Made by a program: the position numbers and the translations under genes
Notes under the pieces: model-generated
Told to the model about the DNA's origin: nothing
The model's input: the letters and a program-made list of their open reading frames with translations, nothing else
Databases searched by the model: none
Part shown: positions 9,766 through 19,045 of the stretch, in pieces
How the letters are laid out: the number at the start of each line of letters is the position of its first letter
Position numbering within the stretch: position 1 is the stretch's first letter
Source of the DNA: an uncultured virus (IMG/VR IMGVR_UViG_3300031994_000078)
Lineage: Duplodnaviria > Heunggongvirae > Uroviricota > Caudoviricetes
Virus record (IMG/VR): IMGVR_UViG_3300031994_000078
Span: 1-64,000 of that record
Reading direction: 5' to 3' (one strand)
Length of the DNA: 64,000 nucleotides

Positions 9766-11020
9766 TACTCTCCTCCGTATAAAAATTGCCAAAATTAAAA
9801 TATTTATTTACCAATTTTAAACTGCATTCTTTTCGTTTATTGTTTTCCTTCACTACAACATACTTTAAATGACTCATTGTTATTGCATTGTATCTCTTAT
9901 TATTTATTACTACTAAATCTTTTGGTTGTATTTTATATCTTTGCTTTCTAATACCTGGCTTAAAACCTCTCCTGTTACACTGTAAAGATCTATTGTTTCT
10001 ATGTTTTTGTTTTAATTCTATAGGTTTCACTCTGTTTTGAACACTACCACCTGCTATACAAAAAGCATCGTTATAATGTGTTTTCTTTAACCCTAATTCT
10101 AGTCTTTGCTGCTTCGTTATATATCCAAATGTTTCGTACATATCAGGTATATCTTTTTGAAATCTTTTATGTATAATTGACATAAATGTATTTGATTTAT
10201 ACTCTTTACTACTTTTTCTGATACTAAATTTATTTTTATGTAAATCTTTATGACATTTACTGCATAAAGTTATTAGATTGTCTGGTCTATCAGTACCACC
10301 CTGACTTCTAAATTTTATGTGATGAACTTCTAATCTTGTGTTTTGTTTACCGCAATGCTGACAAGTTCTTTTATCTCTTGTTAATACATATTGTTTTACA
10401 TTCTCAAACTCCAATTGTTTTCCTTGTTGATATTCTTTACCTTTAATATTAAGATTTTGTATTTTTTGTATATCAAAATTTGCTGTTTCTATTATCACAT
10501 TATTGGTAGGAAGTATTAATTTAATTCGTTTTATAAGCTCTAAATGTGTTTGATAACGTCTCTCTATAGAAGGTGGTAACCAACCAACATGTCTTTTCCT
10601 ATTATTAAATCTAGATTCTCTATACCAATGATGCCTACATCTTCTTCCTTTTCTATACAACTTTCTCTCTAATAATCTCATTTTAGTTTTATTATCCAAA
10701 ACCAAAGTACCACTTATTAGCTCTTTCTTACTACTTACCGCACTAAACCCAATGTTCTCATAACCGCTATCAATACCTAGTGTAACTTCTTGTTTACAGT
10801 CTCTCGTTTGAACCAACATCTGAATAACAAAGAAAGGATATGTTTTAACTATTCTTGCTAAACCTTTCTTTATCAATCGTTTAGCTTTACAAGGTGTTGT
10901 TGGCATTAAAGGTTGCCCTTTTACATTGAGGACGAAAACATAAGTTTTCCTCTCAATCCTGTTAGGCTCAGGTAGATTCACATCGGAGTTGTTACAAGTC
11001 AGAGTATCTCTTCTACACAC
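9758..11020 (-). CDS. iscB: IscB RNA-guided endonuclease (IS200/IS605 OMEGA)
   Basis: PLMP motif, RuvC-I GIDSG, Arg-rich bridge helix, RuvC-II IIETANFD, HNH (CQHC...EVHH...NLITLCSKCH), RuvC-III KTHYNDA. Start codon uncertain. Confidence 0.93.
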   Translation of the reverse strand: MCRRDTLTCNNSDVNLPEPNRIERKTYVFVLNVKGQPLMPTTPCKAKRLIKKGLARIVKTYPFFVIQMLVQTRDCKQEVTLGIDSGYENIGFSAVSSKKELISGTLVLDNKTKMRLLERKLYRKGRRCRHHWYRESRFNNRKRHVGWLPPSIERRYQTHLELIKRIKLILPTNNVIIETANFDIQKIQNLNIKGKEYQQGKQLEFENVKQYVLTRDKRTCQHCGKQNTRLEVHHIKFRSQGGTDRPDNLITLCSKCHKDLHKNKFSIRKSSKEYKSNTFMSIIHKRFQKDIPDMYETFGYITKQQRLELGLKKTHYNDAFCIAGGSVQNRVKPIELKQKHRNNRSLQCNRRGFKPGIRKQRYKIQPKDLVVINNKRYNAITMSHLKYVVVKENNKRKECSLKLVNKYFNFGNFYTEESNG

Positions 11021-11201
11021 TGTGCCTTTAGGCTCGTTTTAATGTAGAAGTTATAAAGCTACGAACTTGTGAAGCATCCGTAGGTATGTTCTTTTTCTTT
11101 CCTTGTAACTGCTGTTTTAACATTACTGTTATAACCTCCTAATCAGCTCTTTCGTTGTAATTCTCATTACAAACCGATAACTTTAATTATCGGTAGCTGA
11201 C
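10950..11201 (-). ncRNA. omegaRNA (HEARO-like) scaffold of IscB
   Basis: Begins GTCAGCTACC followed by hairpin CCGATAA/TTATCGG. Contains TACCTACGGATGCTTCACAAGTTCGTAGC and AACAACTCCGATGTGAA segments typical of HEARO RNAs. 3' boundary approximate. Confidence 0.8.
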
Positions 11202-12247
11202 ACGTCCAGTTCAACTGGAATATTTTTAATTAATGCATAGATTGATTTATCAATATAAAAAGAATAATTTGTGACACAAGGAACAGTTACTGTATTTTTA
11301 TAAATAACTTTATTATCAAACATTTCTTGTGACTCACCTGAAACATTTTCACCTGAATATGTAAAGTATTTTATTAATTCAGGTTTTACTACATGTCGAA
11401 TATACAAAACAAGTAAGTCTGTAATCCTTTCTCTATCTTGACTACTTCTTGCAAATACTTCAAATTTAATTTCAACATTTAGAGGTGCTTGAACAAAATC
11501 ACCTGTATAAATACAATCACTTCTATTTGCTATATATGATACAAAATAATTATTAGGTTCTTCTATATTCCAAACTAAAGTTCTATCATTAGGTGTTATA
11601 TATACTTCTTGCTTATTAAAGTATTGTTTTATAAACTTTGTATTATCATTAGGGTCAACTATATAATTATAAACTTCAGTTAAACCACTTGAAGTTGCAT
11701 TAAACTCTAATTGTGTAGGTGTATCACCTTTTATTTTATATTCTGATATTATAGGTGTTGTTGGTGTACCATCATCAAACGTTGTATAAGTGGCATAATA
11801 TAAATCTGGTTTTACACCTTCATTCCAAGTAAAAATACCTGTTGTATAATTAAACTCAAACTCAGAACCAACATTATAATTTATAACTTGATAAGATACT
11901 TCACCGTTTTCATATATAGGATTTAAAGTATAAACATTTTCTAAACTACCATTTAATATTTTATATCTAACTTTATCATTTTGTATACATTCATTATATA
12001 CTTTATTAACCTGCTTAACAACTTCTTGCCCTAAGTATCTCAGACTCGCATCACCATTACCTGCAGAAATGGTTATCATAGGAACATTATAAACTCTATT
12101 AGGAGTTTCTTTATATATCCTTATTTTACTCTTTCTTTCATCTGAATTATATCTATATTCTTTAGGAGTAATATCTGCACTAAAAATAACTCTTAAATAC
12201 TTTTCCCAAAGAGCTTTAATAGTATTTGTATATCTAATAACTGCCAT
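11183..12247 (-). CDS. Probable neck/tail terminator protein
   Basis: Upstream of the sheath; FEVFARSSQDRERITDLL motif resembles tail-completion proteins. Confidence 0.5.
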   Translation of the reverse strand: MAVIRYTNTIKALWEKYLRVIFSADITPKEYRYNSDERKSKIRIYKETPNRVYNVPMITISAGNGDASLRYLGQEVVKQVNKVYNECIQNDKVRYKILNGSLENVYTLNPIYENGEVSYQVINYNVGSEFEFNYTTGIFTWNEGVKPDLYYATYTTFDDGTPTTPIISEYKIKGDTPTQLEFNATSSGLTEVYNYIVDPNDNTKFIKQYFNKQEVYITPNDRTLVWNIEEPNNYFVSYIANRSDCIYTGDFVQAPLNVEIKFEVFARSSQDRERITDLLVLYIRHVVKPELIKYFTYSGENVSGESQEMFDNKVIYKNTVTVPCVTNYSFYIDKSIYALIKNIPVELDVSATDN

Positions 12248-12249
12248 AA

Positions 12250-13986
12250 TTACTCCTTCATTTTAGCAGCGATTTGTTGTATAAAATCTAAAGGTTGCTC
12301 CTCAATAACTTCAGGTGAATCTGACACCATAACAACCATTATTCCATCACCTGATAAGTCTTGTATTTTATCTTCTATCGTTTTAACTTTATCATGACAT
12401 TTACAATTTCCACCACAAGAACCATCACAGACATGGTCTGAATCTTCTGGTTGTGGACTTACTGTTTTTAAATCCATATTCTCTGGTTCCATTAAAGGTT
12501 TAACCGCAACATTTTCATCTGGAAATAAAGATTCCATGTTTTCTAAATGTGTATAATAATCAGGAGCTTCTGTTAAATGGTCTCTAGCAATTTCCTTTGC
12601 AATTTCTAAATTATCTGTATGCTCCTGTTCAACAATAGAACCTGCTTGTTCTTGAGTTTTTAGTACATCTAACATTTGTTCATAAGGAATATTGTATAAT
12701 GGTGCCCATTTTTTTGCAATGTCTTCGATATTCATACCATCTGCTGCACCATCTTCAAGTAAATCACCTTTAGATATCTTCTCTACTGCATTTTCAACAT
12801 CATTAAATATCTGTTTCTTTGCTTCAGGATTCTGTATCTCACTCAAATTTTCAGGATGTTTTATTGAATCTCCATACATTAAATCCTGAATTTCATCTGT
12901 GCTTACTTTTATTACTTGAGGTAAGACTTCTGGATTATTATTTGCTTTTACTTTATAAGCTAATATGTTTTTAATATAATATCTTGTATATGCTTTTGAC
13001 AATCTAAACATTTTTTTACCTCTTAAATTACTTTCTTTTTTGTTTGCAAATTTAGATTTTAAAGTTTTTAAAAACTTTGCAAATTTTTCACCATCATTTG
13101 AATTTGCAATATTTATATAATAATTTAAATCTATTTTATCTAACAAAGTTTTTAACTCTTCTTTATTCTCTACATTAGCTAAATACGTATCAACTGTTAT
13201 TTCAGAAACATCAGGTAAAGTTAAAACACCGTTACCATAGTCATTCAAATCATTAAATAAGTCAATAAAATCTTTATTATCTATAGTATTAAAGTTTAAA
13301 CCAAATACATTATCTCTTTCAGTTTTTTTAATCTTTTTAGAATCACTTGTCCCAATTTGAGAGTGTTTAACATCTGTTAAAAAACCTTCTGCTAAATTTT
13401 TTACATTTATATTCTTATATTGTTCTTCTAATTTTCCATGCTTTTGTAATGCTATAAAAAAATCTTTAATTAAGTCTGTATTTTCTTTACGTGCTTCTAA
13501 AGAACCGTATGTAGCAACAAACTGTTCAACTAATTTTTGATCTATATCCCCTGTAATATACATATAAGCAGGAATTAAATTTACATTCTTTTCCTCTAAT
13601 AATTCCTTTAACGCTGTAATAAAAGTCTGATTTTTTGTAGTATCATTACCTAATACTTTATCTATGTAATATAATGCAAAATTAATATCTGACAAATAAG
13701 GTTCAGCAAAACGTGAATTAAACAGAATAACACTATCATGTTTATCTGGATTTTTGCCTAAATACTGTAAAGTTGCTGTACTATTACGAAATAAATATTC
13801 CATTAAATTAACATTAGGTTTTTTATTACCATCTATAATATCCTTAATGTCTTGTGTTATATTATTACCATCACCATCTATTATACTAAAATCTGCATTT
13901 TCTACTACATCTTCATACTTCATATATTGTGCAAGATTTGCTGTAATTTTTTTTATAAATTCATTATACATATTTATTATCCCCAA
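12250..13986 (-). CDS. Probable virion protein with C-terminal EHTD..IA.DHL.E.PDYY domain (DUF5661-like)
   Basis: VEQEHTDNLEIAKEIARDHLTEAPDYYTHL. Internal RBS + ATG at 13011. Confidence 0.55.
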   Translation of the reverse strand: MGIINMYNEFIKKITANLAQYMKYEDVVENADFSIIDGDGNNITQDIKDIIDGNKKPNVNLMEYLFRNSTATLQYLGKNPDKHDSVILFNSRFAEPYLSDINFALYYIDKVLGNDTTKNQTFITALKELLEEKNVNLIPAYMYITGDIDQKLVEQFVATYGSLEARKENTDLIKDFFIALQKHGKLEEQYKNINVKNLAEGFLTDVKHSQIGTSDSKKIKKTERDNVFGLNFNTIDNKDFIDLFNDLNDYGNGVLTLPDVSEITVDTYLANVENKEELKTLLDKIDLNYYINIANSNDGEKFAKFLKTLKSKFANKKESNLRGKKMFRLSKAYTRYYIKNILAYKVKANNNPEVLPQVIKVSTDEIQDLMYGDSIKHPENLSEIQNPEAKKQIFNDVENAVEKISKGDLLEDGAADGMNIEDIAKKWAPLYNIPYEQMLDVLKTQEQAGSIVEQEHTDNLEIAKEIARDHLTEAPDYYTHLENMESLFPDENVAVKPLMEPENMDLKTVSPQPEDSDHVCDGSCGGNCKCHDKVKTIEDKIQDLSGDGIMVVMVSDSPEVIEEQPLDFIQQIAAKMKE

Positions 13987-15158
13987 ATTGTATCAACTGG
14001 TTTTTCTTTTGCTTCATAATAAGACTCAAAAGCATTTTCTATAGACTCATCTGTAACATGGTAAACAATTTCACTTCTTTGACATAATGCATTATTAAAC
14101 TGCTGATCCATAATATAACTTTTAAATAATGTTCTGGAAACATCTTGTATATAAAATCTATCGCCTGTGGAACATTGAACAAGTAAATCATGTGCTCTTA
14201 ATAACGGAGTCCATAAAGTCCAAGATTGTAACTGCTGTGTCGTTTGTATACCCTGAGGAGTATGTTTTATTACTCTTGCTGGATTTGAATTATATCTAGC
14301 CATTATTTTTATCTTCTTATAATAACCACCAACAAAACCTGTTCCAAAACAAATATTACAATTTGTATGTGTATTATAATCTAAATCTGGTTTATCCTCA
14401 TCTATAGAACCTCTATGGTCACAACGAGGACAAGCTATACCTTCCCAACGTCTTAAATATAAATCCCACATTTCACCATCAGATTGTAAAATAGCCATCT
14501 TATCTGCACGATTTTTTTGTACTGCAAAATCAAGATAATCTGTATCTATTATATTCCCAGTACCGTTTGTAGGATAATTTATAGGAGCTATTATCTGTTG
14601 GTTCTTTGGTATTGTCCAATCTCTCTCAGAATTATAAACATGTGCTCCTTTAGTTGAAACTAATCCACCTAAACCATTTTGACAAGGAAATCCTTGTACC
14701 CAAAAACTCCATTGTATTTCTGTACTTGCAAATGGGACCGGAACATTAAACTCTACTTTCATTTTATTATTATCTATTTCTTCTGCTACAAAATCATTTG
14801 TTGATAATAATAACTGTGGCAATATTGGTGAAGGGCTCCCCCAAAGTTCGTATTTCTTTGCAAAACCTTCAACAGTTTTTACTTTAGGAAACTCTATAAC
14901 ATATGTATATTGTGTACCTTCTTTATGATAAACCTTAAGTAAACTAATACCTGAGTAATTAATGTCTGAAGGAGTTGTTATTTCTGTATCACCTTCTGTA
15001 AGGATTTGTCCAGTACCATTTGTTGAACCATCTGGGTTTAACCCTGAACCATCTGTTTGTACACTATTCATCCAGCAAGGTCCTGATTGGTTGCAATTAC
15101 ACTTATTTGGATCTGTACTTGGATTTAATGTTAATAACTCCTGTATATTTATAGGCAT
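13977..15158 (-). CDS. Probable head closure/neck protein (start revised to MPINIQE)
   Basis: C-terminal CPRC...CNICFGTGFVGGY domain seen in large-myovirus neck proteins. GGTGA RBS at the revised start, downstream of the promoter motif. Confidence 0.55.
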   Translation of the reverse strand: MPINIQELLTLNPSTDPNKCNCNQSGPCWMNSVQTDGSGLNPDGSTNGTGQILTEGDTEITTPSDINYSGISLLKVYHKEGTQYTYVIEFPKVKTVEGFAKKYELWGSPSPILPQLLLSTNDFVAEEIDNNKMKVEFNVPVPFASTEIQWSFWVQGFPCQNGLGGLVSTKGAHVYNSERDWTIPKNQQIIAPINYPTNGTGNIIDTDYLDFAVQKNRADKMAILQSDGEMWDLYLRRWEGIACPRCDHRGSIDEDKPDLDYNTHTNCNICFGTGFVGGYYKKIKIMARYNSNPARVIKHTPQGIQTTQQLQSWTLWTPLLRAHDLLVQCSTGDRFYIQDVSRTLFKSYIMDQQFNNALCQRSEIVYHVTDESIENAFESYYEAKEKPVDTIWG

Positions 15159-15186
15159 ACTATCACCACTATTTAAATTTAGAATA

Positions 15187-15207
15187 ATTATGATAAAATT
15201 GTCAAGG
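15187..15207 (-). promoter_or_regulatory. Compact late-promoter-like motif
   Basis: ccttgaca atttt atcataat. Confidence 0.7.
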
Positions 15208-15606
15208 GACAATATTAAACTTCTTTTTAATAATAGCTGTGCACTTATTTGCTATTTGTGTGCACAGCTTTTCTTCTTGAATATCAGCTTCATCTTGGTT
15301 GTTTAATTGTTCCACGTCTTTACCTTTTTCAAAAGTAATATCTACTTTCTTACAGTCCTCTGTAACCTTAAAGAATTTACTATAATTACCTTCATTTAAA
15401 ACTATATCTACTATAAAATGAGTAAACTCATGATAAAAAGTATTAATTAAATCAAGCTGGTCAGTATGATTAATATCTATATAAAGGTCTGTTACATTCT
15501 TTCTTTTGCGTAATCTATAGTATAATCCATAAGCATTCTGTTTATCTACTAAATCTGAAACGAAGTGTATTTTTAAATTTAATACCTTTTCTTTAGATTT
15601 TCGCAT
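15202..15606 (-). CDS. Small HExxH zinc metallopeptidase-like protein
   Basis: NTFYHEFTH followed by a downstream EE helix. Confidence 0.5.
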   Translation of the reverse strand: MRKSKEKVLNLKIHFVSDLVDKQNAYGLYYRLRKRKNVTDLYIDINHTDQLDLINTFYHEFTHFIVDIVLNEGNYSKFFKVTEDCKKVDITFEKGKDVEQLNNQDEADIQEEKLCTQIANKCTAIIKKKFNIVP

Positions 15607-15616
15607 TTAATTTACC

Positions 15617-16756
15617 TTAAAAAAGATTATCTATATTATCTATATTATTATTTACACTTTCCACATCTTTAAAATTTTCTGATAACTGCCCTTTAATTGA
15701 AGCATAAATCTTTACTACATCACCATCATATCCTAATTTAGCAGAAATCTTAATAGAATCTAAATCTTTTTCATATTCAGGAAAAATATCATTCGAAGCT
15801 AATTTCATAACGTCATAAGATTTAGCTATACCGTTCTCATCAAGAACAATAGAACTCGGTTCAACATCAAAACCAATCTTATTTAACTGTGCTTTTATTT
15901 CTGATAAATAAACGAGCTTTCTTTCTTCTGATAATTGTGCCATTTTCTTTAAAACTTTTTCAGCGTCAACTTTAATTAATGTATCTTCTACAGAAGCTTT
16001 CTTTTTAAAGAACTCATTAATAGGTTTAACAAATTTCTTTTTTAATTTTTCTTGAACTTCTTTTATTTTGCACCAAATACTAGCATCAGAATCCTTTTCA
16101 ATTTCTTCCTTAGTAACAACTGTTTTTTTACAAGGACACTCTGCTTCTTCTTGATTTTTCCAAGTAACTTCAAATGCGTTAGATGCTACTATATTTGAAA
16201 TAACACCTTTTGTTCCTGTAACTTTATGCTGAACATACAAAGCTTTATTTTCTGCAGTAATACCTTCTGGTGCAGGTCCTAATACATCTTCAAACTTGGC
16301 TTCTTTTAACAACTTATTAAGAAGTTTTTTAATTTGATTAACTGCATCTAATTTATCTTTAGAAAATTTTGCTTCTCTTTTTATAGCTTCTTTTTCTTCA
16401 GAAGCAATTCTCTGCATTTCAGACTCATAAATACAGGAACTTTCTTTCTTTTCTAAATTTACTTTAAAATAATCACAAGCATGAATACCATCTTTTATAC
16501 AAGCACATCTTTCTGCTAGAATATCTGTATCTGTTATAGGACACTTAAAAGCTTCTATATCAAGTACACTGGTAGGTTGAACTTGTGCAGTAATATCAAA
16601 ACCATATTCAACATGCCCATCTGCAAATTGGATATCAGCAATACCATCGTAAGGATATACAGAAATAACTTGTCCTTTTCCGTATAACTCATGATTAATT
16701 TCTGTTCCAGCTTTTACATCATAAACAGCAACTTTCTTAATATATCTGTTTGACAT
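15617..16756 (-). CDS. Hypothetical, probable virion protein
   Basis: 379 aa with GGAGGAG RBS; SH3-like N-terminus (HELYGKGQV); many K/R-x-A-S motifs. Confidence 0.5.
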   Translation of the reverse strand: MSNRYIKKVAVYDVKAGTEINHELYGKGQVISVYPYDGIADIQFADGHVEYGFDITAQVQPTSVLDIEAFKCPITDTDILAERCACIKDGIHACDYFKVNLEKKESSCIYESEMQRIASEEKEAIKREAKFSKDKLDAVNQIKKLLNKLLKEAKFEDVLGPAPEGITAENKALYVQHKVTGTKGVISNIVASNAFEVTWKNQEEAECPCKKTVVTKEEIEKDSDASIWCKIKEVQEKLKKKFVKPINEFFKKKASVEDTLIKVDAEKVLKKMAQLSEERKLVYLSEIKAQLNKIGFDVEPSSIVLDENGIAKSYDVMKLASNDIFPEYEKDLDSIKISAKLGYDGDVVKIYASIKGQLSENFKDVESVNNNIDNIDNLF

Positions 16757-16778
16757 CTACTCCTCCTAGTAAATCTTA

Positions 16779-19025
16779 TTATAAATTATTTATCTCTAAA
16801 CTTATAGCATCTAATTTACTATTTAAATCTTTTATGCCTGAATTAGTTAATATCTCATCTATACTATTAAATAAAGTTTTTGTAATAGAATTGTCTCTTA
16901 CAACAATATCTATAGGTTCTAAAGTTAAACTTCTTTGTGTAAAAATATCCTCAAACTTTAAATCAGTATTATTCATTTTATTAAAATCATCTAGTAATTT
17001 TCGTAACTCATTATTTATACTATTAAGCTTTTCTTGATCTACCTTACCATCTTTATCTAATATATCTGATAATGTACCTTTATAAAAAACTTCTCTTCTT
17101 GCATTATATCTCCAACCTAATTTATTTAAATACATACGAAATTTCTTTGCTAATAAATATGGACGGTCTTTTGTATCTTTCACTACTTTATCTATATCTT
17201 GAGACGTACTAAAACTCTCTACTTGCTTACTAAAATATCTTGATAAATCTCTATACTCATTTAATATAGCATTAACACGCCCTCTTGCTGATTTATAATC
17301 TGTATCTTCTACAAAAATCTTTATAATTTGAATTTGAACATCTAATACCATTTGTAATTGTTCTAATCCAACACGCCTATTAGAAACGTATAAGGCAGAT
17401 AACAACGATTTTTGTATACCTTTAGGCAACTCAACAGCATTAATTATAAATTTTAAAACTTTATTATAAATATCTTGAATACCTTTTGAGTCATTAACAC
17501 TTTCAATATCTTGTGTATAAGCTAATAAATTTTTATTAATATTTAATAACTGTGCTAATATTACTGAAGCCTTATTTTGGAACTGCGAATATGACTCTGG
17601 TTTTAAATACGTATCATAAATAGAAGTTGATACATAAGACTCCTCTTCTTTAGTATCCTCGATATTATATTCTCTTTTTATCATTGTCATAAAGTCTGTA
17701 ATATTTACTGAATTTCCATCTTCATCAATTACTTTACTCGGTTTATTAGTTCCTTCTTTATATTCTACTGTATAACCAGAATTATCAGCAAAGTCTTTTA
17801 TTGCCTCTTCTAAAGATAAGCTTTCTCCATTATCATTTACTTGTTCCGATAATAAAGATTTATCAATATCTTCTTTTTTATTTGTATCAGATACAGCTTC
17901 TGATTGTGTTTCTTGAACTGTTTTTATATCTTGTAAAGATTGTTTCTCTTCATCTGATAAAAAATCTTCTAACTTTACAAATTCTTTTTCAGCTCTTTGC
18001 CTATTTTTTAATTCTTCTATTTGTTCTTTTGTAATAGCTATACGTGAAAAAAATTCTTTATAAAGATTTGCTTCTCTTTTAGTAAATACTTTATCTATAA
18101 AATCATTAATATAAGATTTAATTTCGTTCTGTACCTCAGGAACAAATGCAAAACTTATTAAAGGATATTCATTAATTCCAAAATTTCCTGTTTGTTTAAT
18201 AGAGTTAATGTATTCATCAAGATTAGGTGTAAAAGAAGTTAATTGTAATAACTTATCTTCTAAATTAGTAATAAACTTAGCGTCATCTTTATTTAAATTT
18301 AACTCATAAATATAGGAATTAACTTTTGCTTTAAACTCCTCTGACTCAAAATAAGCGTCAGATACGGTTGAATACTCCTTATTTATTACAGATTCATACT
18401 TTTTAAAACCAATTAATGTACATATATTAGCTGCAATTAAACGATCCTTTACACTATTTATAAAATTCATTCTACAAAAGGATTGTATCTTTTCTAAAAT
18501 TTTATATATACCTGAATCATATTCTGTACCTTTCCATTTTTTATTAACTTGTTTTACTTCTTTACTAATATCAAATGGTTTCTTATAAGTTACTACATAT
18601 TTTCCTTTAAGTAAATCTTGTAAACTTTTTACAATATAATTTAAAATATCTTTTGCAAAATTAAAAGTTTCTTTATCTACAGCATCTAAATAACCTTCAA
18701 CTGCAATTAACCCTAAAATATCAGACTCAACAACAGAATCTTTTATTTTGCTAGTATCTACTAAAATCTTCCCTAATTGTATCTTTTCAGGTACAGAAGT
18801 AACTGAAATATCTTTTACAGAATTATTTATTAAATCTAAAGTTGAAACACCCGGTATATACCTAAAGTATATTGTATATATTTCATTTGATTCCTTGCTA
18901 AAAGTACATAAATTTATAGAACTCTCATCAGGTAATTCTATACGTAACTCAGACTGAATTTTAAATAAAGCATCATCAATTAAAGAGTCTGCTGCATAAA
19001 TTGTAGTTAAAAATTTATTATACAT
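16779..19025 (-). CDS. Large hypothetical protein, probable internal virion protein
   Basis: 748-aa helical ORF in the late cluster. Confidence 0.45.
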   Translation of the reverse strand: MYNKFLTTIYAADSLIDDALFKIQSELRIELPDESSINLCTFSKESNEIYTIYFRYIPGVSTLDLINNSVKDISVTSVPEKIQLGKILVDTSKIKDSVVESDILGLIAVEGYLDAVDKETFNFAKDILNYIVKSLQDLLKGKYVVTYKKPFDISKEVKQVNKKWKGTEYDSGIYKILEKIQSFCRMNFINSVKDRLIAANICTLIGFKKYESVINKEYSTVSDAYFESEEFKAKVNSYIYELNLNKDDAKFITNLEDKLLQLTSFTPNLDEYINSIKQTGNFGINEYPLISFAFVPEVQNEIKSYINDFIDKVFTKREANLYKEFFSRIAITKEQIEELKNRQRAEKEFVKLEDFLSDEEKQSLQDIKTVQETQSEAVSDTNKKEDIDKSLLSEQVNDNGESLSLEEAIKDFADNSGYTVEYKEGTNKPSKVIDEDGNSVNITDFMTMIKREYNIEDTKEEESYVSTSIYDTYLKPESYSQFQNKASVILAQLLNINKNLLAYTQDIESVNDSKGIQDIYNKVLKFIINAVELPKGIQKSLLSALYVSNRRVGLEQLQMVLDVQIQIIKIFVEDTDYKSARGRVNAILNEYRDLSRYFSKQVESFSTSQDIDKVVKDTKDRPYLLAKKFRMYLNKLGWRYNARREVFYKGTLSDILDKDGKVDQEKLNSINNELRKLLDDFNKMNNTDLKFEDIFTQRSLTLEPIDIVVRDNSITKTLFNSIDEILTNSGIKDLNSKLDAISLEINNL

Positions 19026-19045
19026 ATAAACCTCAAAAATTTAAT

